The notes: a model not told the origin generated them from the letters alone. A stretch of DNA of 54,407 nucleotides from Acidimicrobiales bacterium (GCA_044350215.1 JBILIB010000001.1:1-54407); one strand, 5' to 3'. Positions 40,668 to 50,475 are shown, counted from the stretch's first letter. A program made the numbers and translations.

Positions 40668-41579
40668 GTGATTGATGTGACTTCTCCGCTGCCGCTTCCA
40701 GGGTCGCGCTTAATTGCTGGGCGCTCGGTTGGACCTTTGGGATTCGGCTGTTGGCGTCTGACCACCTCGTCAACTGAAGAAGCGTCCCGTCTTGTGGAAG
40801 GAGCCGTTGACCTCGGGTGCACACTGATCGACACTGCCGATGTCTATGGGCTTGATTGGGGCGGCACAGGATGGGGCACGTGTGAGGAGCGCCTTGGTGC
40901 GGTACTCGCCGCCCGATCGGGATTGCGTGAACGTATGTTTCTCGTCACGAAGGGAGGGATCGTTCCCGGAGTTCCTTACGACAGCAGTGGTGACTACTTG
41001 ACTTCAGCTTGTGAAGCGTCGTTGCGTCGTTTAGGGGTCGACCACGTTGATCTCTTCATGGTCCATCGACCTGACCTTCTTTCGCATCCGGCCGATGTGG
41101 CCGAAACGCTGCAGTCGTTGCGCGACCGTGGACTCATAAGTGCGATCGGCGTTTCGAACCACACCGTCGCGCAGGTTGAAGCGCTTCAGTCCTACTTGGA
41201 CGAACCGGTAGCGGCGATTCAACCTGAGTTCTCGGTGGCTGCACTTGGAGCGATGCGCGATGGAGTCCTTGATCAAGCGATGCAGCATCGATCTGCCGTG
41301 CTCTCATGGAGCCCCTTGGCTGGTGGACGAGTACTAACCGGAGAAGGACTCCGTCCGGAGTTGATTGAAGTCCTCGATCGCATCGCCGCTACCCACGATG
41401 TCGACCGCACGTCGATAGCGCTGGCGTTCGTGCTCGCTCATCCTGCCCAGCCCATTGCACTTCTGGGTACGCAGCGACTCGATCGGATCGAAGCAGCACG
41501 ACAGGCACTCAGTATTTCTCTGTCACGAGCCGAGTGGTTTTCGATCATCGAAGCGAGCGAGGGAGTGCCACTTCCTTGA
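40668..41579 (+). CDS. smoB: Aldo/keto reductase, probable 6-oxo-glucose reductase (SmoB-like)
   Basis: GCWR, DTADVYG, TKGG, HRPD, GVSN, WSPLAGG; coupled to smoC-like gene. Confidence 0.72.
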   Translation: MIDVTSPLPLPGSRLIAGRSVGPLGFGCWRLTTSSTEEASRLVEGAVDLGCTLIDTADVYGLDWGGTGWGTCEERLGAVLAARSGLRERMFLVTKGGIVPGVPYDSSGDYLTSACEASLRRLGVDHVDLFMVHRPDLLSHPADVAETLQSLRDRGLISAIGVSNHTVAQVEALQSYLDEPVAAIQPEFSVAALGAMRDGVLDQAMQHRSAVLSWSPLAGGRVLTGEGLRPELIEVLDRIAATHDVDRTSIALAFVLAHPAQPIALLGTQRLDRIEAARQALSISLSRAEWFSIIEASEGVPLP

Positions 41580-42634
41580 CCCGCACCGGTGCACCGCTCG
41601 AGATGGCATGGTTCGCCGCGTTGTGCGATGACGACTATGAACAACTCGGTGTCGTTGACGAGCAACTCCTTAGTAGCCCAGAACATTGTGGCGACATCGT
41701 TCGTGCTGCCGATCAGTGCGGATTCGATTCGATCCTGATGCCATCGGGCTATGCGCTCGGTATCGATACGGTCACCTTCACTGCGGCGATTGCGTCATCG
41801 ACCCGAAACATCCGTCCGATCGTGGCCATACGCATGGGTGAGGTCTGGGTACCGACGCTGGCCCGTCAGTTGGCCACCCTCGACCACCTGCTTGATGGAC
41901 GGTTGATCGTCAATGTGATCTCGAGCGAAATGCCGGGCGAGTCACTCGACGCCGAATCTCGCTATCAGCGCACCGTTGAGCACATGACTGCACTGCGTGC
42001 GTTGCTCGATGGTGGGCGGTTGCAGGTCGACGGAGAGTGGCTTGGTATCGATATTGATCCACCGCGTCTAACCACGGTGTCACGACAGTGTCCACCGCTG
42101 TACTTCGGGGGCCTCTCGGAGGCGGCCCGCGAAGTCGCCGCTCGCGGCGCGGACGTGTACCTCATGTGGCCCGACACGTATGAACAAATTGCCGAAACTG
42201 TTGCTGATCTCCGTGGCCGAGCAGCGCGTCACGATCGCGAGTTGAGCTTCGGCTATCGCGTGCATGTGGTGGTTCGACCCACCGAAGCCGAAGCTCGAGT
42301 CGCTGCCGACTACCTCGTTGCTGCCCTCGATCCGGCAATCGGAGACGCCATTCGTTCGCGTTCGCTTGACAGCACGTCAGTAGGAGTCAAAGCGCAGGCG
42401 GCGTTGCGCCTTGGCAGCGATGAAGACGGCTATGCCGAGCCGAACCTTTGGACCGGCATCGGACGCGCTCGCAGTGGTTGTGGTGCCGCCATTGTCGGAT
42501 CACCAAGGCAGGTGGCAGACAAGATCGAGTCCTATCGCGACCTCGGCATCGATACGTTCATCTTGTCCGGATACCCGCACCTTGATGAATGTCGCCGATT
42601 CGCCGAACTGGTGCTGCCGCTTCTGAGGGCGTGA
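41576..42634 (+). CDS. smoC: LLM flavin-dependent monooxygenase, probable sulfoquinovose monooxygenase (SmoC-like)
   Basis: WFAALCDDDY..LGV, NVISS, LYFGG, DVYLMWP, LWTGIGRARSGCGAA, FILSGYPHLDE match Agrobacterium SmoC as recalled; TTGA overlap and GGGAG RBS. Confidence 0.8.
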   Translation: MTRTGAPLEMAWFAALCDDDYEQLGVVDEQLLSSPEHCGDIVRAADQCGFDSILMPSGYALGIDTVTFTAAIASSTRNIRPIVAIRMGEVWVPTLARQLATLDHLLDGRLIVNVISSEMPGESLDAESRYQRTVEHMTALRALLDGGRLQVDGEWLGIDIDPPRLTTVSRQCPPLYFGGLSEAAREVAARGADVYLMWPDTYEQIAETVADLRGRAARHDRELSFGYRVHVVVRPTEAEARVAADYLVAALDPAIGDAIRSRSLDSTSVGVKAQAALRLGSDEDGYAEPNLWTGIGRARSGCGAAIVGSPRQVADKIESYRDLGIDTFILSGYPHLDECRRFAELVLPLLRA

Positions 42635-42723
42635 GGCTTGAATAGTCCCGAGATTCGAGATTGCCTCGGTTGACCAATCAGTGGGACTCGCGACTGGCTT
42701 CAAAGACATACCTCAGTGACGTC

Positions 42724-42847
42724 AGTTGATCAGCGGGTCTCGCGGGAGTCCGAGGATGCGCTCGCCGATCTGGTTGCGCTTGATCTCTGAAGTTCCGCCG
42801 GCAATCGCCAACGCACGATGCATGAGTTGCAATGTGCCACCCATGAA
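42724..42847. repeat. 124-bp perfect direct repeat, copy 1 (orphan 3' end of acyl-CoA dehydrogenase)
   Basis: Identical base for base to 50478-50601; stop TGA here versus TAA in the intact gene. Confidence 0.97.
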
Positions 42848-42874
42848 CCAAGGCTGCTTAGGGCCTTTCCCCGT

Positions 42875-42915
42875 GGCCTTTCGTGACTTGCGGATTCAAA
42901 TTCCGCTCCGGGCAC
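42875..42915 (+). repeat. Diverged 3' fragment of tRNA-Leu (att-like relic)
   Basis: 35/41 identical to 37814-37854 without gaps; T stem GCGGA/TCCGC versus GTGGG/CCCAC. Confidence 0.88.
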
Positions 42916-42924
42916 AACGAGTAG

Positions 42925-45900
42925 TTAGGCAGTGGTTTCGGCTGCAGTGTCTGCCGAGGGCGTCTCGGGGTATTCCTCGGTTGCGACATCTCGGCGCGGC
43001 AGAAGTGTCACGAGGGCACACAGCAACGCTATGGCTGCGAGTGCGCTCACGGGGTATGACGCGGCACCCCACAGGTTTGAGGGGTAATCAACGATCCTCT
43101 TGCCGAGAACGACGAGTACGCCAGCGGCACTCATTGAGAGAAAAGCGATTGGTGCGAGCCACGAGCGACGATGATTTCGTAGCCACCACGCCGGTAGAAG
43201 AAGCACTGCGCCAATGCCGGTGCACCACACAGCGCCGATAGCGACACCAGCGATGAGAAGCGCTTTCGCTGGTTGTCCTTCGTTGAGTGCGTCGAGTTGG
43301 CGTTTCTTTCGGTCCGGCCAGAGAGCCATCACGAAAACTGCGAGCAACGTGAATAATCCAAAGGCGGTGCCGAGTTTGAAGATGCGGTCAGGTGCGAAAC
43401 GCAGATCCACCGTGCCGCCATCGCCCTCGGGCACGATGAACGCCAGGCGCCAGCCGTCAATCTTGAGAGGTGTGAGTGTTGTTCCATTGAGAGTTGCCTC
43501 CCATCCTTCATTGAATGCTTCGTTGACGACGAGAAGCCCTTCGGTTCCACCCGCCACCGTGACCGTGCGGTCGTTTGTTCCCCAATGATTGACCTTGAGT
43601 GTGCGTGGCAATCCAGTTGGCGCTGCCATCGTCGGTGAATTGCCAAGCACAAGTTGATCGACGGTAACGAGAGATGAACCGCTTGATGTGTCGAGAAGGG
43701 TCACACCCGCATTGAGAGCCACGTTTTCGGTTCCGCACGGAACAAGATCGAAGGGAGTGCCGTCGATGAGTGTGCCTGCCGTTGTGGCGATTGAATAGGA
43801 AAGTGCGGCTGAACCGATAGCAACTTTGGGCCCTGTATCGCAGGCAGCGACGTACGGCACCGAGCGATCGATGGGTCCGGGATAGAGATCGGAAAGAGCC
43901 GTTACGTCAATTGAGCCGAAACCCATCACTCGTGAAGAGGTTCTGTCGTCCAAGGGGACGGGCGCGTAATTGAGGCGGAGAGTGAGAGAGCTCGTCGTGA
44001 TTGGTTCGAACGTGACGGTGCCGTCGGCGGCGACTGGGGCGCTGCGGGCTTCCGTGCCCGCGTAGATCACAATGTCTTGTGGCATTGCTTCGTCGTTGCC
44101 ACGGACAAGGACGAGCGATGAAATCGATCGAGGTTCGCTCCATCTCATGTCGATGAGTGAACTACCTCCAACTGCAGTGATGTCGTTTCCGCTGCGCCAA
44201 TGAGTGGTGGTATCGCCATCAACGAGGTTGCGTGGGCTAACCCTGGGATTTTCGCCCCAGGTGGAGTCTGCAGTGACTGAGAAATCTGGTGTGCTTCCGA
44301 GCCAGCGGAGAAGTGGCTGTCCCTTCGTCGATGAGGCTGAAGCAAGGAGTCGGAACTTGCCGTCTTTAGGGACCGTGAATTTTCGAGCGATCTGAGATTC
44401 AGAATTGAGAGAAACGAGGGGTGATGTGGCGGCGCGGTTACGGGTGAATACCCATGCAGGGTCAGGAGACCCCGGAGTCGAGAACTGATCGTTGAGTTGA
44501 TTGGGTACGACGAGGCGGGGGGTGACCGGCGTTCCTGGAAGAGTCAGCTCACGAATCCCGATGACGTCGTCAATCGCGAAATAGGAACTGCGGGCGATGG
44601 AAACTTTGACCGAACTCGTAATGCCGGGGACAACATTTAAAGGTTGCTTCACTTGAATTGGTAGCAGCGTGGTGGTCGCGTCGCCGGCGTCGGTGTGAAC
44701 GGTGACGTCAATGGGCGACAATGTTGCGTACGGGCCGATGTACAGCGCGGTTTCAATTTGATTCAGGAGTGTCGGCGTTGTGAATTTTGTCTCGACGAAG
44801 GGATCGACTGGTCCCCATGCATCGAATCCATTGACTTCGATCCGGCGCGGAACCCACCAGGTGTTCGCGTCGCCATCCAGAATTTTCGCCGGATCAAAGG
44901 CGGGGATATTGGCTACGAACATTCCTGGGCCAACGCTTGAGGCAGTGACTGACGAGAACCCGTCGAGTTCTTGGTAGGTGCGACTCGTCGGATCCTGCCC
45001 TGCAGGAACTACATCGCCCGCGAAGTCGTGGATGTAACTCTTGTTGTTGCGATTGAGTCCGTAGTCGATCGTCGATGCTTGGTTGCCATCGGTGATGATC
45101 CACTGCGATGGGAGGAGCGGAGAGGGAACGCGATCGCGGGAAAGTAGGTACGGGCGATCCCCGAATACGGACGAAGGTACGGAAAGTGTCGATGCGATAT
45201 CGCCGCTCAACCACGTGGTTGACGAAGCCGCGTAGGTGGCCGCAACAGCGCCACCGGGCACCGAGTAAATATCTATTTGTTGAAGGTCTCCAAAGCCATA
45301 TCCACGATCACCGAATGCGGCAGTCAGCGTGAACCCACTCGCAGTCATTGCGTTTCGAACTGTCTCAGGCGGCGGAGCGCCGTAGTCCTCTGAACGTTGG
45401 TCGTTGGGAACGACGACTGCGGTGAATCCGCCGCGACGGAGATATTCCATTAGCCCCGTATCGCCGCCGCGTTCGATTGATGTTTCGGTGACATCGAGGT
45501 ATTCGACGATGTCGATACCGCTCAGAGGGGCCTGGCTGCGTGTTGCCCACGTGACATTTGATCCCCACTGGATGGGAATCTGCGCGGTGAAGCCCCAATC
45601 GAAATCAGCATCGGGAATGCCCGGGAGAACCAGCGTGCGGCCGGGTGAATTCTCTGACAGCCATGCGTTCGCTTCGACCCACGCTGCGGGGATTTCAGCG
45701 GCGCCAGGACCTCGAGTGAGAGAGTTTCTCCAAAGCGGCCACGATGCGCATGCGAGAACAACGATCGTGACTGCGGCGACACCCTGCTTCGCAATCTGGC
45801 GATTCTTTGCGTGATTGCCTTCAAGTATCCCGGCGAGGAGATGCGCGAGTCCAAACGCAAGTGGAAGCGCGATGAGTGGCTGAAATTTATAGACGTTGCG

Positions 45901-47001
45901 GAACGCGTTAAGAGCTCCATCGAGCAATGTCTGGTACTGCGTGGTTGCTGGATTCCCGAAGACGCCTCCGAAGCCACCACCAACTGCAGCGACCCCGAGT
46001 AAAAGACTTGTGACGAGGAACATTCGCTCGGGGAGTCGACGCCGCGCCAAACCTGCGAGGCCAGCGCCGGCAACAACGGCCGTCGCAAGGATTGGTATCG
46101 ATCGAAGGGAAAGTGCGAATCCAGCGGGGTTTGTAGCGCCGGGCAATCGTGAAACCCAGTCAGCGGTACCTCGAAGAACTTCGAAAAGTGAGGTTGGCCC
46201 CGTTGTGGTTCTTACCGACTCGGTGTACTGGAGCACATCGGGTCCGTATTTCCCGAAGAGGTAGAGGCCAACGAGCCACCACAGAGTGGCCATTGGTGCG
46301 GCGATAGCCCACCAGCGCAGCAGGCTTGCTCGACGCTGTCCCCGTGTACGCGTGAGCAGATAGAGAACTGGAACCGGAAGAACTGCGATGGTGACAGCCG
46401 CATTTGCACCACCTATGAGGGCGATAGCTATCGCCGAACGAGCGGCGGCCTTTCGTGTGGAACCAGTTTTGGAAGCGAGCACGAGCGGCAGCAATGCCCA
46501 AGGTAGGAATACCACTCCCATCGCGAACGGTGATTGCCATCCGACTCGAGAGAGGATGACGGGGGAGATTGCATAGGCAAATCCGGCAGCTATACGTGTC
46601 GATGGCCGCCCAATTTTGAACGCGTCGGCGAGACGGACGAATCCCCACAGTGCCAGCGCAATGAAGAAGTAAATGAAAAGTCGTTCACTGATCCACGGTG
46701 GGATGTGAAGTGCTTTCGCTATGCCAAACCAGAGGTCAAATGGAAACCAATAACCGTTCTGCTGAAATTGGATGGAACCCATATCCCAATAGGGATTCCA
46801 TAACTCGAATCCGCGTCCGACCATTGTGAATGGATCAAGGATCCGATCAAGACGCGTCAGGTAGACGATTTCGCCAAATCGCTGAGCGAATGCTCCGAAC
46901 AGGATGGGCAGGGTCGCAAGCGCGATCCACTTCGAGGGCGTGACCGATTCAGTCAACGACGGTTCTTGCGTGGCTTTAGGGGCCGAGGTCAAAGCGGTCA
47001 T
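42925..47001 (-). CDS. AftD/DUF3367-family GT-C glycosyltransferase with discoidin-like (F5/8, CBM32) modules
   Basis: WNP..G.IQFQQNGYWFP, WISER, GGANAAVT, FRNVYKF, two DG...T.W modules, NEGWEA, DGWR; many TM. Start 47001 or 47046. Confidence 0.85.
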   Translation of the reverse strand: MTALTSAPKATQEPSLTESVTPSKWIALATLPILFGAFAQRFGEIVYLTRLDRILDPFTMVGRGFELWNPYWDMGSIQFQQNGYWFPFDLWFGIAKALHIPPWISERLFIYFFIALALWGFVRLADAFKIGRPSTRIAAGFAYAISPVILSRVGWQSPFAMGVVFLPWALLPLVLASKTGSTRKAAARSAIAIALIGGANAAVTIAVLPVPVLYLLTRTRGQRRASLLRWWAIAAPMATLWWLVGLYLFGKYGPDVLQYTESVRTTTGPTSLFEVLRGTADWVSRLPGATNPAGFALSLRSIPILATAVVAGAGLAGLARRRLPERMFLVTSLLLGVAAVGGGFGGVFGNPATTQYQTLLDGALNAFRNVYKFQPLIALPLAFGLAHLLAGILEGNHAKNRQIAKQGVAAVTIVVLACASWPLWRNSLTRGPGAAEIPAAWVEANAWLSENSPGRTLVLPGIPDADFDWGFTAQIPIQWGSNVTWATRSQAPLSGIDIVEYLDVTETSIERGGDTGLMEYLRRGGFTAVVVPNDQRSEDYGAPPPETVRNAMTASGFTLTAAFGDRGYGFGDLQQIDIYSVPGGAVAATYAASSTTWLSGDIASTLSVPSSVFGDRPYLLSRDRVPSPLLPSQWIITDGNQASTIDYGLNRNNKSYIHDFAGDVVPAGQDPTSRTYQELDGFSSVTASSVGPGMFVANIPAFDPAKILDGDANTWWVPRRIEVNGFDAWGPVDPFVETKFTTPTLLNQIETALYIGPYATLSPIDVTVHTDAGDATTTLLPIQVKQPLNVVPGITSSVKVSIARSSYFAIDDVIGIRELTLPGTPVTPRLVVPNQLNDQFSTPGSPDPAWVFTRNRAATSPLVSLNSESQIARKFTVPKDGKFRLLASASSTKGQPLLRWLGSTPDFSVTADSTWGENPRVSPRNLVDGDTTTHWRSGNDITAVGGSSLIDMRWSEPRSISSLVLVRGNDEAMPQDIVIYAGTEARSAPVAADGTVTFEPITTSSLTLRLNYAPVPLDDRTSSRVMGFGSIDVTALSDLYPGPIDRSVPYVAACDTGPKVAIGSAALSYSIATTAGTLIDGTPFDLVPCGTENVALNAGVTLLDTSSGSSLVTVDQLVLGNSPTMAAPTGLPRTLKVNHWGTNDRTVTVAGGTEGLLVVNEAFNEGWEATLNGTTLTPLKIDGWRLAFIVPEGDGGTVDLRFAPDRIFKLGTAFGLFTLLAVFVMALWPDRKKRQLDALNEGQPAKALLIAGVAIGAVWCTGIGAVLLLPAWWLRNHRRSWLAPIAFLSMSAAGVLVVLGKRIVDYPSNLWGAASYPVSALAAIALLCALVTLLPRRDVATEEYPETPSADTAAETTA

Positions 47002-47023
47002 CGGTTCTGGACCCGGAACCTGG

Positions 47024-48079
47024 TCATTGTTCTCGAACTGTCTCATGAAGTACGGCCTCGAACATGTCGACCGCACGATCCCACGTAAAGATGGATGCTC
47101 TGTTTTTCGCCGCAGTCGCCATTTGGGCTCGCTGGCTGCCGTTGGCTGCCAGCGAGATCCATTGGGCAGCAAAGTCATTCTCGTCGGTGGCGAGGTATCC
47201 AGTGAGTCCGTTGGTGACGGAATCGCGTACCCCGTCAACGTCGAAGGCGAGGGTGGGGACGGATGCGGCGGCGGCTTCCATGACGACAGTGCCCCAACCT
47301 TCGTGGTGCGCTGGATGAATCAAGAGCCATGCTTGTGCGAGCTCGCTGCGTTTGCGGTTTTCGTCTACCCATCCGGTGAACTCCACATCGGGGCCCGCCA
47401 TGGAGCGGAGGTCGTTGAGTTCTGGCCCGTCGCCCACGATCACGAGCTGGCCGCCGGTGATCGGTCGCACGGTTTGCCACATTTTGAGGGCCAGTTCCAC
47501 TCGTTTGTGGGGAACGAGTCTGCTGAGGACGAGGAACCTTGGTTCCGTCGAAGGTGATGGCTCAAGTGGATCGAAAGCGAGTCCCATCTCAATTGTTGAG
47601 ATCTGGCTGGGTGTAATGCCGAGGTCGACCAATCCGCGTGTTGTCGATGGTGAGACGGAAATGAACGGCGCACGTCGGTACACGCGGGGCATGAACCAGC
47701 CTTCGAGCCATCTTCCGATCGCAGCGACTGACTTGGGAAATTGCATGCCCCATTGCTCGGTATGGACGTGGTGAACCAAGCCGATGACGGGTTTCCGCTG
47801 CCATAGCGGAGAGAAGAAAGGAATCCCGTTTTCGACATCGATGACGGCGTCGGCTCCCTTGCAGTGTCGAAAAAATGCAAATGGCGCAAACAGATACTGC
47901 GAATAGTTTCCACCGATGCTTGTGCTGCGATAGTTATGTTTTCCCGACGGGCCACCGTGAAGAAGCTGAACCTCGTGTCCGCGTTCGGTGAGCCTCGACG
48001 CAAGTTGATCGATGACGACTTCGGATCCGCCAGCTTGGGGGTGGGCGGTGTCGCGCCACGCGAGAAAAACAATCCGCAT
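47024..48079 (-). CDS. Glycosyltransferase family 4
   Basis: WRD..HP.AGGSE, RLVPHKR, EGWGTVVMEA. Confidence 0.92.
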   Translation of the reverse strand: MRIVFLAWRDTAHPQAGGSEVVIDQLASRLTERGHEVQLLHGGPSGKHNYRSTSIGGNYSQYLFAPFAFFRHCKGADAVIDVENGIPFFSPLWQRKPVIGLVHHVHTEQWGMQFPKSVAAIGRWLEGWFMPRVYRRAPFISVSPSTTRGLVDLGITPSQISTIEMGLAFDPLEPSPSTEPRFLVLSRLVPHKRVELALKMWQTVRPITGGQLVIVGDGPELNDLRSMAGPDVEFTGWVDENRKRSELAQAWLLIHPAHHEGWGTVVMEAAAASVPTLAFDVDGVRDSVTNGLTGYLATDENDFAAQWISLAANGSQRAQMATAAKNRASIFTWDRAVDMFEAVLHETVREQ

Positions 48080-48094
48080 GTGTTCGTCGAGTCT

Positions 48095-48868
48095 CTAGTG
48101 TTTTTTCGAAGAGGTGATTGGGATGGGCACCAAATGCCCGCTTCGGGAGGCTAGGCCCATAACCCTTGCGGATCGGGTGCGAATGCGAATCGGAATGAGA
48201 TCGATTGCTGTACGCAGGGAATCGCGCACGGGGCGGACCGCCGAGTGGTCACTTGCCACCCACAAAACGGGAACCTCATCGATTGAGTAGCCGAGAGCGA
48301 CTCCAAGGCGCAGGATTTCAGGATCGAACGCGAACCGATTGTTTTCCGAAAGTGAGAAGAGCAACCGAGCAACGTCCCCACGAAAGGCCTTGAATCCGCA
48401 TTGGGAGTCGTGAATGTCGAGGCCAGTTGACCAACGCATCAGTTGATTGAAGGTTCGACCCATGAGGGTCCGAAGCAGGTTTGAGCGTTCCACAATTGAG
48501 CCGGGCACGCTACGTGAGCCGATGACGATGTCGAACCTTGAGAGTCGCTGAAGAAAATCATCGATGTGTTCGAGTGAGGTTGAGAGGTCCGCGTCCATGA
48601 AGACGACTGCGTCTGATGTTGAGCGTGCAACCCCCGCTCGCAAAGCCGCTCCCTTGCCAAGGTTTCTCGGTAGTCGAACTAGCTGAATGCGATCGTCGCC
48701 TTGAGCGAGGTGTTCAGCAAGACCCGCAGAGTCGTCGGTGCTGCCGTCGTCGACAAGAATGATTTCGGTGTGGGAATCTGGGAAGCGGCGGGTTAGTTCA
48801 GTGAGCGTGGTCGGCAACGCACGCGCTTCGTTGAACATCGGGATGATGATGCTTCTCTCGGCCCCCAC
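48095..48868 (-). CDS. GT2 polyprenyl/dolichyl-phosphate glycosyltransferase-like
   Basis: IPMFNE, VDDGSTD, GKG, MDAD, GSR, DSQCGFK, FD.E; TAGGCT -10 7 nt before GTG 48868. Confidence 0.9.
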   Translation of the reverse strand: MGAERSIIIPMFNEARALPTTLTELTRRFPDSHTEIILVDDGSTDDSAGLAEHLAQGDDRIQLVRLPRNLGKGAALRAGVARSTSDAVVFMDADLSTSLEHIDDFLQRLSRFDIVIGSRSVPGSIVERSNLLRTLMGRTFNQLMRWSTGLDIHDSQCGFKAFRGDVARLLFSLSENNRFAFDPEILRLGVALGYSIDEVPVLWVASDHSAVRPVRDSLRTAIDLIPIRIRTRSARVMGLASRSGHLVPIPITSSKKH

Positions 48869-48941
48869 CCTCAATAGCCTAAGTGAATTTCCCTACAGGG
48901 TCGGGGGCATCTTTAAGTGGGTGGCCATGTGGACGAGAGGG

Positions 48942-49553
48942 CTACTCGGGCATGGGTAGGGCCGTCACAAGGATTGAGTGATGGACAACATTGAAACGGT
49001 CGGTTTCGATGACCTGGAATTCTTTTGCGATGGCACTTTCAAGCTGGTCTGAGGTCCGTGGGAAGTGTCCGGCATCGAGTTTCCAGAAGACCCTCGAAAA
49101 CCAGCGTCGTTTACGCCACACACCGTCAAGAAAAATGAATGATCCGCCTGGTTTCAACACGCGATTGGCTTCAGCTAATGACACGGGCCATATCGAATCA
49201 TCGAGGTGGTGAGAAACGCATTGCATCAACACCACGTCAGCGGTGTTGTCGGGGAGTGGAAGCGCCGAAGCATCACCCACAAGTCGCTCAATTGGCTTCT
49301 CTGTCGGCTCGACCTTGAGAACTCTCGCATCTGGATCGATGCTGTAGTAGGTCCAACCTGCGGGCCACATAGATCGACTGCGAGCAGTTCCGCCACCGAT
49401 GTCAACGACTGTGCCGATGGGCAGAGCAGCGAAGGTACGAGCAGCGACTGGACTCAGGTGGGCTTCGACACGACTCCGACCGAGTAGTCGTGTCTGGAAC
49501 TCATTCACTCGGGGATGAGAGACAATTCTTCCAAGGACGTCGCGAAATGACAT
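48942..49553 (-). CDS. Class I SAM-dependent methyltransferase
   Basis: VDIGGGT, GDASALP, HH, RVLKPGG; TATTCT -10 6 nt upstream. Confidence 0.9.
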   Translation of the reverse strand: MSFRDVLGRIVSHPRVNEFQTRLLGRSRVEAHLSPVAARTFAALPIGTVVDIGGGTARSRSMWPAGWTYYSIDPDARVLKVEPTEKPIERLVGDASALPLPDNTADVVLMQCVSHHLDDSIWPVSLAEANRVLKPGGSFIFLDGVWRKRRWFSRVFWKLDAGHFPRTSDQLESAIAKEFQVIETDRFNVVHHSILVTALPMPE

Positions 49554-49670
49554 GCGCAGAGAATAGGGGTGGAGATCCGCTAGGTTCGGGACGTCTTTCC
49601 CCGGGTGGGAGACAAAGAACTTGGGGCATGATCTGCAATGGGTGATTCAAACGGTGAGTACCAGCGGGGC

Positions 49671-50444
49671 ATGCCCACGAAGGCCCTTTCAGCAGTGACA
49701 TCGCTTGTCCCAAAGTCCTTCTTTCACCCTGTAGTGGCGCGGCTCCACCTTCGGGCCGAGCCCGAGATGCGCGGAATCATTGAGCGCTGTGACCCCACGG
49801 GAACCGCAATTGACGTTGGAACTTGGTATGGACCCTGGACGTATTGGCTTTCGAAGCGCGTGCGTGACGTGCAGTCGTTTGAGCCGAACCCAAAAGTGGC
49901 GGCGGTGCTGCGTCAAGGTGTGGCTTCAAACGTGACTGTGCACGAATGCGCGGTTTCTGACGTTGAAGGAACTGCAGAACTCGTGCTTCAAGATCTAAGT
50001 GTCGGCTCTGAGGGAACGGCAACAATTGTTCCGGGGGTCGAAGGCGCAGGTTCACACTCGGTTCGCACAAAGCGGATTGACGACATGGGATTTACCGACG
50101 TGAGGTTCATCAAGATCGACGTCGAAGGCCATGAACTCGCGGTCCTCAATGGCGCGTGGGAAACCATTGAGCGTGATCATCCAGTTCTCTTCGTCGAGCT
50201 TGAAGAGCGGATGAGCAATATCAACGGAACCATCGCAATGATGGCCGATCGTGGGTACGAAGCTCGGTTCGTGATGAACGATGTTTGGACATCATCCACA
50301 TCAATGGACCTTGCCGAATGGCAGCGCGAGTTCACCCGCACTCACGACACGCAGAGCTATATGCAAACCGTCGTGAAAGTGAATGGGTACGTGAACGATG
50401 TCGCGTTTGTCCATCCCCAAAGCACCTGGGCACCTTGGGACTGA
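49671..50444 (+). CDS. FkbM family methyltransferase
   Basis: IDVG..YG, FEPNP, IKIDVEGHEL.VL.G. Start 49671 or 49638. Confidence 0.9.
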   Translation: MPTKALSAVTSLVPKSFFHPVVARLHLRAEPEMRGIIERCDPTGTAIDVGTWYGPWTYWLSKRVRDVQSFEPNPKVAAVLRQGVASNVTVHECAVSDVEGTAELVLQDLSVGSEGTATIVPGVEGAGSHSVRTKRIDDMGFTDVRFIKIDVEGHELAVLNGAWETIERDHPVLFVELEERMSNINGTIAMMADRGYEARFVMNDVWTSSTSMDLAEWQREFTRTHDTQSYMQTVVKVNGYVNDVAFVHPQSTWAPWD

Positions 50445-50475
50445 ACGAGACGTCTTGAGTCTCTGTTGTTGCTGA

